From Dehalococcoidia bacterium (GTDB taxonomy: Bacteria; Chloroflexota; Dehalococcoidia; Lucifugimonadales; UBA3495): a stretch of 64,000 nt of DNA. Of the stretch, positions 1 through 8,568 are shown piece after piece. The position numbers were made by a program, and so were the translations under genes. Every line of letters starts with the position of its first letter. Position 1 is the first letter of the stretch. The DNA lies in assembly GCA_965115825.1 (NCBI GenBank), contig OZ220464.1, positions 705,530 through 769,529 on the forward strand, in the 5' to 3' direction. Under the pieces are notes generated by a model. The model did no database searches. It was not told the origin of the DNA and was given only the letters and a program-made list of their open reading frames with translations.

Positions 1-131
1 TTGGGGTTGCCGGGGAAGGAGGGCAATCGCTGGGGGGCAACTTGACACGCTTTGCAAACCCGCATATCTTTGGGCCTCAAGGTTATTTGATTTTGCCGCG
101 CTCCGGGGCCGCAGTTCGGCAAGCGTCGGCG

Positions 132-563
132 ATGGACAGATGGAGGAGAAGCATCGTGAAGCAGGGTGTAATCCCCGATGATTTGAGCAGGCCGTTCTGG
201 GAGGCGGCCAACGAGGAGCGTCTGGTGGTGCAGAGTTGCGCCGACTGCGTCCGGCTACACTTCCCGCCGAGAGCGGCCTGCGACCGGTGCGGTTCCGGCG
301 ACAGTATGGGATGGAAAGAGGTCAGCGGACGCGGCAAGATTTACAATTACGGCGTGGTGTACGACTGCCCGGTGTCTGCGCTGAAAGAAGACCTGCCTTT
401 CAACCTGGCGGTAATCATGCTGGATGAAGACCCCGGCGTCTTGATGTACTCCCACTTGCCGGGAACTCCGGCCGATGAGGTTCCGGTGGGCGCTGCCGTC
501 CGGGTTATATTTGAGGCTACGGCCAACGGCCAGAAGGTTCCGGAGTGGCAGGTGGTTGGATAG
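132..563 (+). CDS. DUF35-family OB-fold / zinc-ribbon protein (thiolase partner)
   Basis: Taken from ORF 42..563. It has a CxxC..CxxC ribbon (CADCVRLHFPPRAACDRCGS) followed by an OB-like GKIYNYGVVY segment. It lies directly upstream of a thiolase-like gene, which is typical for this family. The start is uncertain: TTG at 42 or ATG at 132. Confidence 0.7.
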   Translation: MDRWRRSIVKQGVIPDDLSRPFWEAANEERLVVQSCADCVRLHFPPRAACDRCGSGDSMGWKEVSGRGKIYNYGVVYDCPVSALKEDLPFNLAVIMLDEDPGVLMYSHLPGTPADEVPVGAAVRVIFEATANGQKVPEWQVVG

Positions 564-654
564 GCCCGGCCGCAGCGGTCGCCTCGCTGCCGTCATTGCT
601 GGGCGGGCGGGCAATTTACGATTGAGAGCGCTTGAGAATCAAGAGGAGTAAGAG

Positions 655-1986
655 ATGACCACGCAGATGGCTCCGGAATCAATGTACCGCTCTACGGAGG
701 GCTTGGGGGTATGGGAGCATCGGGGCAAGGTGGCCGCCGTTGGAATTGGCCACTCGCCTACCGCCCGGCGCTGGGACCGTCGGCCCGAAACATCCGTTGG
801 AGCTCAGAGTATTCTGGCGTGCCGGAAGGCTATTGAGGACGCTGGCGTCGGTCCTGACCAGGTTGACGGGATTGTTGTGGTTCCGGTCACAACCACCGGC
901 GCCCATTGGGATGCGAATACGCCGGTTCCTATGGACGTGGTTAACGCATTCAATCCTACGGATGACCCGCTAGACGGGATTGGGCAGCTGAGCGCGGAGT
1001 GGCTGCTGAAGAATATGCCGGAGCTGACCAACGTGAAGTTCACGATGTATGCGCCGGGCTGTATGTCCGCCGCCATCACCGTGGCAGCGCAAGCCGTTGG
1101 CGACGGTCTGGCCAGCACGTGCCTGGTTCTGAAAGGCTGGCACAATCTGGAGGGGCGGTATAATCACGGCGGCATCAGCGCGGCCGCGGAGGTTCCGGGC
1201 GGCTTTGCCTTGAGCCCGGGTCGCACCTTGTGGGGCGCGCCGGGATGCTACGGGACGGCGTTGCAGTTCGCGCAGTACTGCACCAAGTACGGCAAGAACC
1301 ACGATATGATGGCGCCCTTTATGGAGAACTCGCGGCGCAACGGGCTGCTGTTCCCGGAAGGGTATTGGGCGCAGCACAGGCCGGAGCAGCTACCCCCGGA
1401 GGACTATCTCAACTCGCGCTGGATTGCCAAGCCGGCGAATCTGTTTGACAACGACATTCCCATTATGGCGTCGGCGGCTTATCTGTTCACTACGGCTGAG
1501 AAAGCGCGGGATGTGGCGCAGAAGCCGGTGTACATCCTGGGCCATGCTTCCAGCCGGGGAACGGCTCGCAGCATCGTGTCGACGCTGGAAGAGGTAGAGG
1601 CGGAAACGGCTGCTACGGGACGCAAGATTTATGAAGCCGCGGGCATCACCGCCAAAGATCTGTCCTTTGAGAATATGTACGATGGGTTTGCCCAGTTCCA
1701 CCAGTTCCACATTGAGGGGCTGCGCTACCGGGGGATGCAACCCGGCGACGCGCTGGACTTTTACCAGACGGACATCAGCATTGAGGGGCCGAATCCGATT
1801 CTGCCGAGCGGGGGGAACATAGGCAGCGGGCGCAGCCGGTTTTGGATGCACACCGACTGCATCCAGCAAATTCAGGGGCGGGCCGGAGCGCGGGCGGTTA
1901 CAGGGGTCAAGCCGGAGGTTGCGGTATCGGGCGGGCCGATGCCAATGGGGGGGAACTTTACGGTGTGGAGCGCTACCCCCAATTAG
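655..1986 (+). CDS. Thiolase-like protein (SCP-x / lipid-transfer type, DUF35-associated)
   Basis: 443-aa ORF with GAGGAG upstream of the ATG. It shows thiolase-fold-like blocks (AVGIGHS, GCMSAA, a C-terminal GGNIGSG). It is paired with the DUF35 gene. Confidence 0.7.
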   Translation: MTTQMAPESMYRSTEGLGVWEHRGKVAAVGIGHSPTARRWDRRPETSVGAQSILACRKAIEDAGVGPDQVDGIVVVPVTTTGAHWDANTPVPMDVVNAFNPTDDPLDGIGQLSAEWLLKNMPELTNVKFTMYAPGCMSAAITVAAQAVGDGLASTCLVLKGWHNLEGRYNHGGISAAAEVPGGFALSPGRTLWGAPGCYGTALQFAQYCTKYGKNHDMMAPFMENSRRNGLLFPEGYWAQHRPEQLPPEDYLNSRWIAKPANLFDNDIPIMASAAYLFTTAEKARDVAQKPVYILGHASSRGTARSIVSTLEEVEAETAATGRKIYEAAGITAKDLSFENMYDGFAQFHQFHIEGLRYRGMQPGDALDFYQTDISIEGPNPILPSGGNIGSGRSRFWMHTDCIQQIQGRAGARAVTGVKPEVAVSGGPMPMGGNFTVWSATPN

Positions 1987-2022
1987 AGCGTCTCCGGAGC
2001 AACCGCAAACCGAGGAAAGGAT

Positions 2023-2385
2023 ATGGCAATTTTAATCAGCTTCGACATTGACGGCACGCTGGAGGTGGGCGACCCGCCCGGCCCGCTGACGATGGAGATG
2101 GTTCGCATCGTTAAGGACAAGGGGTTTCTCATCGGGAGTTGCTCCGACCGGCCGCCCAGCAGCCAGCGTTCTCTGTGGGAAGAGCACGGCATCAGCGTGG
2201 ACTTCGTGGTTGCCAAGCATCTGCTGTCGGATGTCAAGGCGGGATTTGAGGCCGACGCTTACTACCATATAGGCGACCGGGAGGATCTGGATCGTCAGAA
2301 TGCGCTGCGGAACGGATTTGATTTTCTCTGGCCGGACGAAGCTGCGGCCAAGCCCTGGTTCAGCGCCAACGGTTCAGCATCCTGA
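2023..2385 (+). CDS. Small HAD-superfamily hydrolase
   Basis: The N-terminal FDIDGTL is HAD motif I. GDREDLD near the C-terminus is motif IV-like. An AGGAAAGG RBS precedes the start. Confidence 0.6.
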   Translation: MAILISFDIDGTLEVGDPPGPLTMEMVRIVKDKGFLIGSCSDRPPSSQRSLWEEHGISVDFVVAKHLLSDVKAGFEADAYYHIGDREDLDRQNALRNGFDFLWPDEAAAKPWFSANGSAS

Positions 2386-2407
2386 GCGATGTTCCCGGTC
2401 AAGGGTA

Positions 2408-3760
2408 TTATTCAGCCGCCAGCGAACCCATAGGGTCCCAGGGAGGCAGGATGATGGGTTCCTGGTCCAGGGCCGGCTGCAAATCCAACGGGAGGTAGCT
2501 GCGAGGGGCGGCGATTTCAAACATATACTCGGCGAACCAGGAATCGTTCATTAGAAAGAAGCCTTTGTCGCCTACCTTGTCGTCCCAGCTGTTTTCCACG
2601 CGCCAGCGGCGGGGCTTGCCGTCCACCACGTCCACGCCGGTGAAGAGCATGGCGTGGGTCATAGCGGTCTGGTGGTATTCGAGCCGTTCCGCCTTGTTCA
2701 TTGTGAAGTCGGCGTTATAGACGCCGGGGTAGTCGAAGAGGTCGGCGTCCCACAGGCCTTTGTCGCGGTGCATCTGCTTGCCGGTGTCGCAGCCCATCCA
2801 GACGGGCTGGCCGTCTTGCAGCATACGCATGGCGATGTCTTTCATCAGGGGGATGTCCACGTTGAGGTAGGTGATGCGGGCGCCGTCCACCACGTTGCCG
2901 AGGTACTGGACGGTGTAGGCGCGGCCCGGGGGGTTGGATGGACGGGGGTCGTGAACGAGGCAGACGTAGTCGTCCATGGGGGTGGCGATGTATTTTTCGG
3001 CGAACTGCAAGGGGGTCATTGAGCCGTCGCGGTGAAAGTCGCCGTCCTTGTCTTTCCACTGCCAGTCGAATTGGGAGGGCGGACTGCCCAGGTGGATGGA
3101 GAGGATTTGGTAGATGGCTTGAAGAGTTTGCTGCTTGGCGGCGCGCAATGCATCCAGGCCGGCTTCGGCGGCATAGAGGCGGCGGATGTCGCGGGCGCCC
3201 TGGCGCACCTGGTAGTTGAGTCCGGCGTTCATGCGCATTGAGTTGCCGGAGCTTTCGGTTTCGGGCATAACGGATTTGGGGACGACGCCGTGCTTGCGCA
3301 CCAGGCTGACGAACATATCCCACTGTCCGCCGTCGCCGAGGGGTTGGTGGAGCAGCCAGGCTACAACCCGGTCGTCGGAGGGGCAGTCGGCGGTGGCGAT
3401 GACGGCTTCGAGGATGTAGTTGGCGCGTTCCATTTTGTCCCAGAACATGAGGTAGCTCTGGCTGAATTCGAACTCTTTGAGGTTCAGCAGGTTGCGGGTT
3501 TGGGCGCGGAACAGGTTGAGGCCGGCGAACATCCAGCAGCGTCCGGAGCGGGCCTGATTGGTAACGCTCCAGTCGTCCAGGACAGTGGAGAAGGAGTTGG
3601 CGGCCTGGGCGACGATGTTGCGGTTCAGGGCGACGTCGTTCACGTCGTGCTGGGTGACGACGTTCTGCATCAGCTGATGGTTGGGCTGTGCGTCAAAGGC
3701 GCGCTGAAATTCAGCCAGAGCGGCGGAGTCGAGGGCGCCGGGTTGGGTTTGCGTGGTCAT
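2408..3760 (-). CDS. pepC: Aminopeptidase C / bleomycin hydrolase (C1B cysteine peptidase)
   Basis: The catalytic block QARSGRCWMFAGLN and the C-terminal ENSWDDKVGDKGFFLMNDSWFAEYMFE are hallmark PepC motifs. The length is 450 aa. Confidence 0.9.
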   Translation of the reverse strand: MTTQTQPGALDSAALAEFQRAFDAQPNHQLMQNVVTQHDVNDVALNRNIVAQAANSFSTVLDDWSVTNQARSGRCWMFAGLNLFRAQTRNLLNLKEFEFSQSYLMFWDKMERANYILEAVIATADCPSDDRVVAWLLHQPLGDGGQWDMFVSLVRKHGVVPKSVMPETESSGNSMRMNAGLNYQVRQGARDIRRLYAAEAGLDALRAAKQQTLQAIYQILSIHLGSPPSQFDWQWKDKDGDFHRDGSMTPLQFAEKYIATPMDDYVCLVHDPRPSNPPGRAYTVQYLGNVVDGARITYLNVDIPLMKDIAMRMLQDGQPVWMGCDTGKQMHRDKGLWDADLFDYPGVYNADFTMNKAERLEYHQTAMTHAMLFTGVDVVDGKPRRWRVENSWDDKVGDKGFFLMNDSWFAEYMFEIAAPRSYLPLDLQPALDQEPIILPPWDPMGSLAAE

Positions 3761-3869
3761 GAGGTTGCTCCGTTATGGGTGGGTGTCCGATGTTGACATC
3801 GGCGCATTATAGACTATGGGCGCGCGGGTTTCACCCGTTGGGGGTTATTCCGGCGTTGGCTTACGTATT

Positions 3870-4730
3870 TCAGTCGCTGCGGCGGCGGTCGTCGTCGCTG
3901 TGGGCGTCGTCGGATTGCAGGCGTTCTTCCAGCCGTTGCAGGGTTTCGCGGGCGGCGCGGAGTTCTTGCAGCAGCTGTTCGCGGGACACCGGAGGTTGGG
4001 GTTTGACGGCGGGGGCGACATCGCGCCGGCGCTCCTGCTTGGCTTCGTCCAAGCTGTTGATGATGATGGCGATGAAGAGGTTGATGGCTACGAAGGTGCT
4101 TATCACGACGTAGCTGACGAAGTAGAGCCAGGCGAATGGGTAGTGGGCCATGGCGGTGTCCATGATGTCGGTCCAGCCGTCCAGGGTGATGATGTTGAAG
4201 AGGGTGAGCAAAGAGGTGGGCAGGCTGCCCCAATGCTCGGGGTCGTGCCGATGGAAGAGGTGGTAGCCCATGATGGCGTAGATGTACACTATGATGCTCA
4301 TGAGCATGATGACGTGGCCTACGCTGGGGATGGAGCGGACGAGGGCGGCCACGATGAGTCGCAAGTCCTGGATGGCGGATATGAGGCGAACTACCCGCAG
4401 GAGACGGGCCAGCCGGGCAATCATGGCAAACTGCCCGGTGGCGGGGATCAGGGCGAACACGATTACCAGAAAGTCGAAGACGTTCCAGCCGTCGCGGAAG
4501 TAGCGGGGGAAGCGCGGCCAGAGGGCCAGCATTTTCAGGGCGGCTTCGGTGATAAAGACGGCGAGGGCGACCTGGTTGCCCAGCTGCAACCAGTTTCCGT
4601 AAGCGTGGCTGACGGAGGCGAAGGTTTCGAGGCCGAGGAGGATGCCGTTGACGGTGATGACGGCGATTATGAAGTACTCGAACCGGGCGGAGTTGACCAG
4701 TCGAGACGCGAGACTTGCCAGGCGGTTCAT
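3870..4730 (-). CDS. Voltage-gated cation channel, single-domain BacNaV/NaChBac type
   Basis: Six TM segments. The S4 segment has Arg every third residue (RLARLLRVVRLISAIQDLR). The pore is LLTLFNIITLDGWTDIM. A C-terminal coiled coil is present (QLLQELRAARETLQRLEERL). Confidence 0.8.
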   Translation of the reverse strand: MNRLASLASRLVNSARFEYFIIAVITVNGILLGLETFASVSHAYGNWLQLGNQVALAVFITEAALKMLALWPRFPRYFRDGWNVFDFLVIVFALIPATGQFAMIARLARLLRVVRLISAIQDLRLIVAALVRSIPSVGHVIMLMSIIVYIYAIMGYHLFHRHDPEHWGSLPTSLLTLFNIITLDGWTDIMDTAMAHYPFAWLYFVSYVVISTFVAINLFIAIIINSLDEAKQERRRDVAPAVKPQPPVSREQLLQELRAARETLQRLEERLQSDDAHSDDDRRRSD

Positions 4731-4839
4731 GGGCGGTTCGTGGCCGGGTTGCTTGACGGGATGGTAGGATATGGGGCGTTTGGTTCGGGCTTTGAGCCGG
4801 GGACGGACACGGCAGCATTTACTGAGACGGAGGAGAATT

Positions 4840-5397
4840 ATGGCAAGACTGCCCGTAGTAACGCGAGAGATGGTTCCGGAGGAGTTCCGGGGGGCTTTTG
4901 ACGAATTGACCGCAGAGACCGGGGGAACGATTACCGGGGGGCCTTACTCGGTAGCCATCAACAGCCCGGAGATGGCGCGCCGGCGCAGTCATCTGACTGC
5001 ATACCTGCGCTTTGAGAGCACTTTCGCCAAGCGGATTCAGGAGTTGGCGATTCTGACGACTGCCCGGTTTTTTGACTGTCCGTACATTTGGAACGCCCAC
5101 GCTCCGACGGCTCGGCGTGAGGGGGTGTCTGACGCGCTGGTGGACGCTTTGCGCGACCGGCGGCAGCTGCCGGCGATGGCGGATGATGAGCGGGCAATCA
5201 TCAACTACTGCAACGAGTTTTACGAGCATCACCGGGTTTCGGCGTCAACGTTTCAGATTGCGCTGGAGCAGTTTGGGGCGCAGCATCTGGTGGAATTGAC
5301 GGCGCTGATGGGGAGCTACGCGCAGACGGCGTTTTTCCTGAACGCTTTTGAGGTGGAGCTGCCGGCGGAGCGGACTGAGCCGGTTCTGCCGGTTTAG
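4840..5397 (+). CDS. Carboxymuconolactone decarboxylase (AhpD-like) family protein
   Basis: The ORF runs 4771..5397. ATG 4840 is preceded by GGAGGAG. The protein is all-helical and resembles this family (WNAHAP, LTALMGSYA). Confidence 0.55.
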   Translation: MARLPVVTREMVPEEFRGAFDELTAETGGTITGGPYSVAINSPEMARRRSHLTAYLRFESTFAKRIQELAILTTARFFDCPYIWNAHAPTARREGVSDALVDALRDRRQLPAMADDERAIINYCNEFYEHHRVSASTFQIALEQFGAQHLVELTALMGSYAQTAFFLNAFEVELPAERTEPVLPV

Positions 5398-5449
5398 CGG
5401 GTTCTACGACGGGCTCGGGCGGCAAGATTGCGATGAAAGAGGGGTACGG

Positions 5450-6514
5450 CTACCAGGATTTGAGGACGGGGAGGACTTCTTTGGCGAAGAGGTTGAGGCT
5501 GCGCTCGGCGACGTGGAGGGGGGTTCCGCCGAAGCGGAAAGAGACGTTCAACTCGAAGTCGCCGAGCAGGGAGCGGCGTTTTTCCAGGCCGCGGAGGATT
5601 TTGTCGGGGGCGCCCCAGCTGGCGGCCTTCATGAAGCCGGCGACGGCGCCGTCGAGTCCTGCGGAACGGGCGATTTCGGCTTTCTGCTGGTAGGCGTCGT
5701 AGCCTTTGACGGAGCCGAAGTGGTCGCCGAGGAACTCGTAGTGGTGGAAGTTGCTTTCGACGAATTTACCCTGGTATTGGCGGGCCTCTTCTTCGCACTG
5801 TTGCGGGTCGGTTCCGCAGACTACGAATTCGGTAAGCATGAGGGGTGGAGGTTCGGAGCCGTGGAATTCGCGGTGGAGGGCGCGGCCGCGTTCGATGCCG
5901 GGCATGCGCATATCCCAAGGGCGGTCGGCGAACATGATGATGTGGGCGCCGATTTTGGCGGCGGAGAGGACGGAGTCGTCGCTGGCGGCGACGGCGTAGA
6001 TGCGACCGTCAAAGGAATGCTGGGGACGGGGGCGGATTTCGGTGCGTGGCTGAGGGTAGTAGGTTCCGCTGCCTTCGATGAAGCCGGTATTGAGGGCATT
6101 TACAATCATGGGGGCGGCTTCGTCGAAGCGTTGGCGGGATTCGTCCATGCTGATGCCGAAGGCGTCGAATTCACGCCTGGCGAGGCCGCGTCCGAAGCCG
6201 AGTCGGAGCCGGCCGTTGCTTAGCAGGTCGAGGACGGCGGCGTTTTCGGCGACGCGCAAGGGGTTGTGCCAGGGGAGGATGACGGCGGCGGTTCCGACAT
6301 CTATGTGAGGATGGCGGGCGGCCAGGTGGGTCATGAGCTGGAGGTTGTCGGGGACGAAGGAATAATCGTTGAAGTGGTGCTCGGCGGACCAGAGGCAGTT
6401 GAAGCCGGAGTCGGCGGCGATGTCGGCGAGGCGGAGTTCTTCCTCCCACATTTGTCCATCCGAGCCGTTTTCCCAGCCGTAGCCGGAGAAAATCATCATC
6501 ATTCCGACGTCCAT
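5450..6514 (-). CDS. LLM-class flavin/F420-dependent oxidoreductase (luciferase-like)
   Basis: The N-terminus (ADSGFNCLWSAEHHFNDYSFVPD) and the LRLGFGRG block are typical of luciferase-like monooxygenases. An AGGAGG RBS precedes the start. Confidence 0.8.
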   Translation of the reverse strand: MDVGMMMIFSGYGWENGSDGQMWEEELRLADIAADSGFNCLWSAEHHFNDYSFVPDNLQLMTHLAARHPHIDVGTAAVILPWHNPLRVAENAAVLDLLSNGRLRLGFGRGLARREFDAFGISMDESRQRFDEAAPMIVNALNTGFIEGSGTYYPQPRTEIRPRPQHSFDGRIYAVAASDDSVLSAAKIGAHIIMFADRPWDMRMPGIERGRALHREFHGSEPPPLMLTEFVVCGTDPQQCEEEARQYQGKFVESNFHHYEFLGDHFGSVKGYDAYQQKAEIARSAGLDGAVAGFMKAASWGAPDKILRGLEKRRSLLGDFELNVSFRFGGTPLHVAERSLNLFAKEVLPVLKSW

Positions 6515-6551
6515 GGGTATGCTCCTCCTGGGAGTTGGGCCTGAAAGCAGG

Positions 6552-7394
6552 CTAGAAGCTGGGCTTGCTGGCGTAGGGGGTGAGTTGGAGTTCGTGGGTC
6601 CAGCAGGATTTGTCTTGAGTGTGGAGGTAGTAGAAGGCTTCGGCGATGCTGACGGGGTTAATGAGGAGTTCGGGGTGCTGCTGGCCGCGGGGCATGGCTC
6701 GGGTGCCGGGGGAGTCGATGGTGCCGTCGATTACGATGTTGGCGACGTGGACGCCGTGCTCGGAGTATTCTTCGGTGAGGGCCTGGGCGAGGGTTCGCAT
6801 CATGACGCGGGGGTAGTAGAGGGACTGGCCGGTGTAGCGCTTGCGGCCGCGGAGACCGGCGGCGTTGTTGGAGAAGAGGATGCTGCCGGAGCCACGCCGT
6901 CGCATGGCGGGGAGGATTTCTTTGGCGACGAGGAAGGGGCCGCTGCTGGAGATGTGATGGGCGGTTTCGAACATTGAGTAGGGCATATGCTCCAGGAGTT
7001 CCATTTCGGGCGGGAGGTCGCGGCCTTCGAGGTAGCCGGCGTTATAGACGAGAACGTGAGGGTCGCCGGCCTGCTGTCGGATGTGGGCGAATGCGTTGGC
7101 GATTGAGTCGGGGGAGGAGAGGTCGAGTTCTACGATTATGCTATCGCCGCCCTGTTCGCGGATGGCGGCGCGCAGGGGTTCGGCGTTGGCGGCGGTGCGG
7201 GTGGTGAGAACGGTAAGAAAGCCTTCCTGGGCGAATTTCTGGGAGATAGCGCCGCCAACACCCCAGCGGACGCCGATGGGCAGGTTGGAGTCGTCGATGT
7301 TGCCGCCGTGGATGAGGTGGGTGTTGCGTCCGTCGGCCTGCCATTTGGAGGTGGCGCCGATGATGACGGCGACGGGTTTTCGGGATGAGGTCAT
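6552..7394 (-). CDS. SDR-family oxidoreductase
   Basis: Rossmann N-terminus VAVIIGATSKW, plus NAG and a YxxxK-like region. The start is set at ATG 7394 because the longer ORF (to 7496) would overlap the 3' end of the tmRNA. Confidence 0.7.
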   Translation of the reverse strand: MTSSRKPVAVIIGATSKWQADGRNTHLIHGGNIDDSNLPIGVRWGVGGAISQKFAQEGFLTVLTTRTAANAEPLRAAIREQGGDSIIVELDLSSPDSIANAFAHIRQQAGDPHVLVYNAGYLEGRDLPPEMELLEHMPYSMFETAHHISSSGPFLVAKEILPAMRRRGSGSILFSNNAAGLRGRKRYTGQSLYYPRVMMRTLAQALTEEYSEHGVHVANIVIDGTIDSPGTRAMPRGQQHPELLINPVSIAEAFYYLHTQDKSCWTHELQLTPYASKPSF

Positions 7395-7471
7395 GGTGAT
7401 ACGCCTATTGCATGGGTTGCCGCCGGGGCGGGATGAAGGGTTGGGGTGGGGAGAGATGGCACAAGAGGGGA

Positions 7472-7828
7472 TGGTGGAGACGGGGGAGAGTCGCACTCCC
7501 CGTCCAGAAACTCCCCTGAGCGGATATGCTACAAGCTTGTTCGGCGCTTTGGTCTTGCTACTAGGGACTCCCGCCGACGGGATTCGTAAGCAGCCAGCCG
7601 ATAAAAGTCTGTGGCCTCGGTCATCGGCGTCGCCGAGGTAGCATCCCGGAATAATTGGACGTCCGCTTCCCGGCTTCCGGGCCTACCGGTGGCAGACGTA
7701 GCCGCGGTTAAGCGGCTAGAGCGAATTCACGTTCGCCAGTTAATTGTTCGCCACCGTTTTAGCGAGGGCAGCGGCAGCCTCGGCTTGCAATCCGTCAGAA
7801 AACGCTCCTGTCGAACCTACGCGTCCCC
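7472..7828 (-). ncRNA. ssrA: tmRNA (SsrA), one-piece, 357 nt
   Basis: On the minus strand the 5' end reads GGGGACGCGTAGGTTCGACAGGAGC and the 3' end reads GGGGAGTGCGACTCTCCCCCGTCTCCACCA. The acceptor stem GGGGACG/CGTCTCC contains the G3:U pair used by AlaRS. An internal tag frame, GGC GAA CGT GAA TTC GCT CTA GCC GCT TAA (GEREFALAA-stop), lies at 7708..7737. Confidence 0.9.
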
Positions 7829-7866
7829 AACAGAGGGCGTGACCAGCGTTGGCCGGCTACGCCAAG

Positions 7867-8442
7867 TTATATGATACCACCGTCGGGCGGGGATGGCAAA
7901 GGCAAGAATCGAGGTCGTTCCGGTGCCTTTTGGTGGTGGAGGATGGCGCCGGGGGGAGGGGCGCGGGTGGTGGGGTTGGCGGTGTTGTTCATGGTAGTTG
8001 TTTCTCTCCTTTTGGTCGGTCGGTGGATTCTGGGTTGGGTTCCTGGGGGTTCAGGATGTCGGCGCTACGGCCCGAGAGCGTGGCTTGCTATTTACGTCCT
8101 AGTCTTGCGCGTGCTGACGGCTGCTTGCGCAGTACTTCGTCTGCGATGTCGGGCGGTGTCCTGGCCGGTGCACCGGACTGGGACGGATATCCGACGGTTC
8201 GCGCGGGGCCGTTGGAGGAGCCTGACGGGGATATTGCAGCACGGTGGTACGGTTTTGCAAACGGTATTTTGTCAGAATCAGGATTTACCGGATTTTGGGA
8301 TTTTCAGGATTGGGTGGGCGGGTGCGTTGCGGAGCGTGGGTTGAGGTGTTGGAGTGGAGGATGGAGGTTGGGTTGGCGGGTTTGGCGGTGGGGGATTGGT
8401 TTGTCAGAATCAGGATTTACTGGATTTTGGGATTTTCAGGAT
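7867..8442 (+). repeat. Composite ~0.6 kb intergenic repeat, copy A (inverted partner at 57952..58660)
   Basis: Long blocks are near-identical to the reverse complement of 58033..58630, for example CATGGTAGTTGTTTCTCTCCTTTTGGTCGGTCGGTGGATTCTGGGTTGGGTTCCTGGGGGTTCAGGATGTCGGCGCTACGGCC. It ends with two 40-nt core repeats at 8271..8310 and 8403..8442. Confidence 0.85.
7871..7899 (-). promoter_or_regulatory. Candidate sigma70-type promoter of ssrA
   Basis: On the minus strand: TTGCCA (7894-7899), a 17-nt spacer, then TGgTATCAT (-10 at 7871-7876). This sits about 40 nt upstream of the mature tmRNA 5' end. Confidence 0.5.
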
Positions 8443-8568
8443 GGGGGTTGCGGCTTTCGCCGGAGTGGCGGTGGGAGGAGGATGGCGGCGGGGTTGCTTT
8501 GGCGGTTTCGGGCTGCCGCGCTATCCGTTATACTCTGTCCCCCCTGATAGGCGGGGCGGGAGTACATT

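Noticed and set aside
7395-7496. N-terminal 34-aa extension of the SDR ORF (start at 7496)
   Set aside because: It overlaps the 3' end of the tmRNA, and the extension is Pro/Ser-rich. ATG 7394 gives a canonical Rossmann N-terminus.
7867-7992. SD-preceded small ORFs in both composite repeats (7992->7867 on the minus strand, 58511..58660 on the plus strand) as real peptide genes or RiPP precursors
   Set aside because: Nucleotide similarity continues through a 1-nt indel that changes the frame, and the C-terminal halves are unrelated as peptides. Conservation therefore looks non-coding. They are kept only as an observation.
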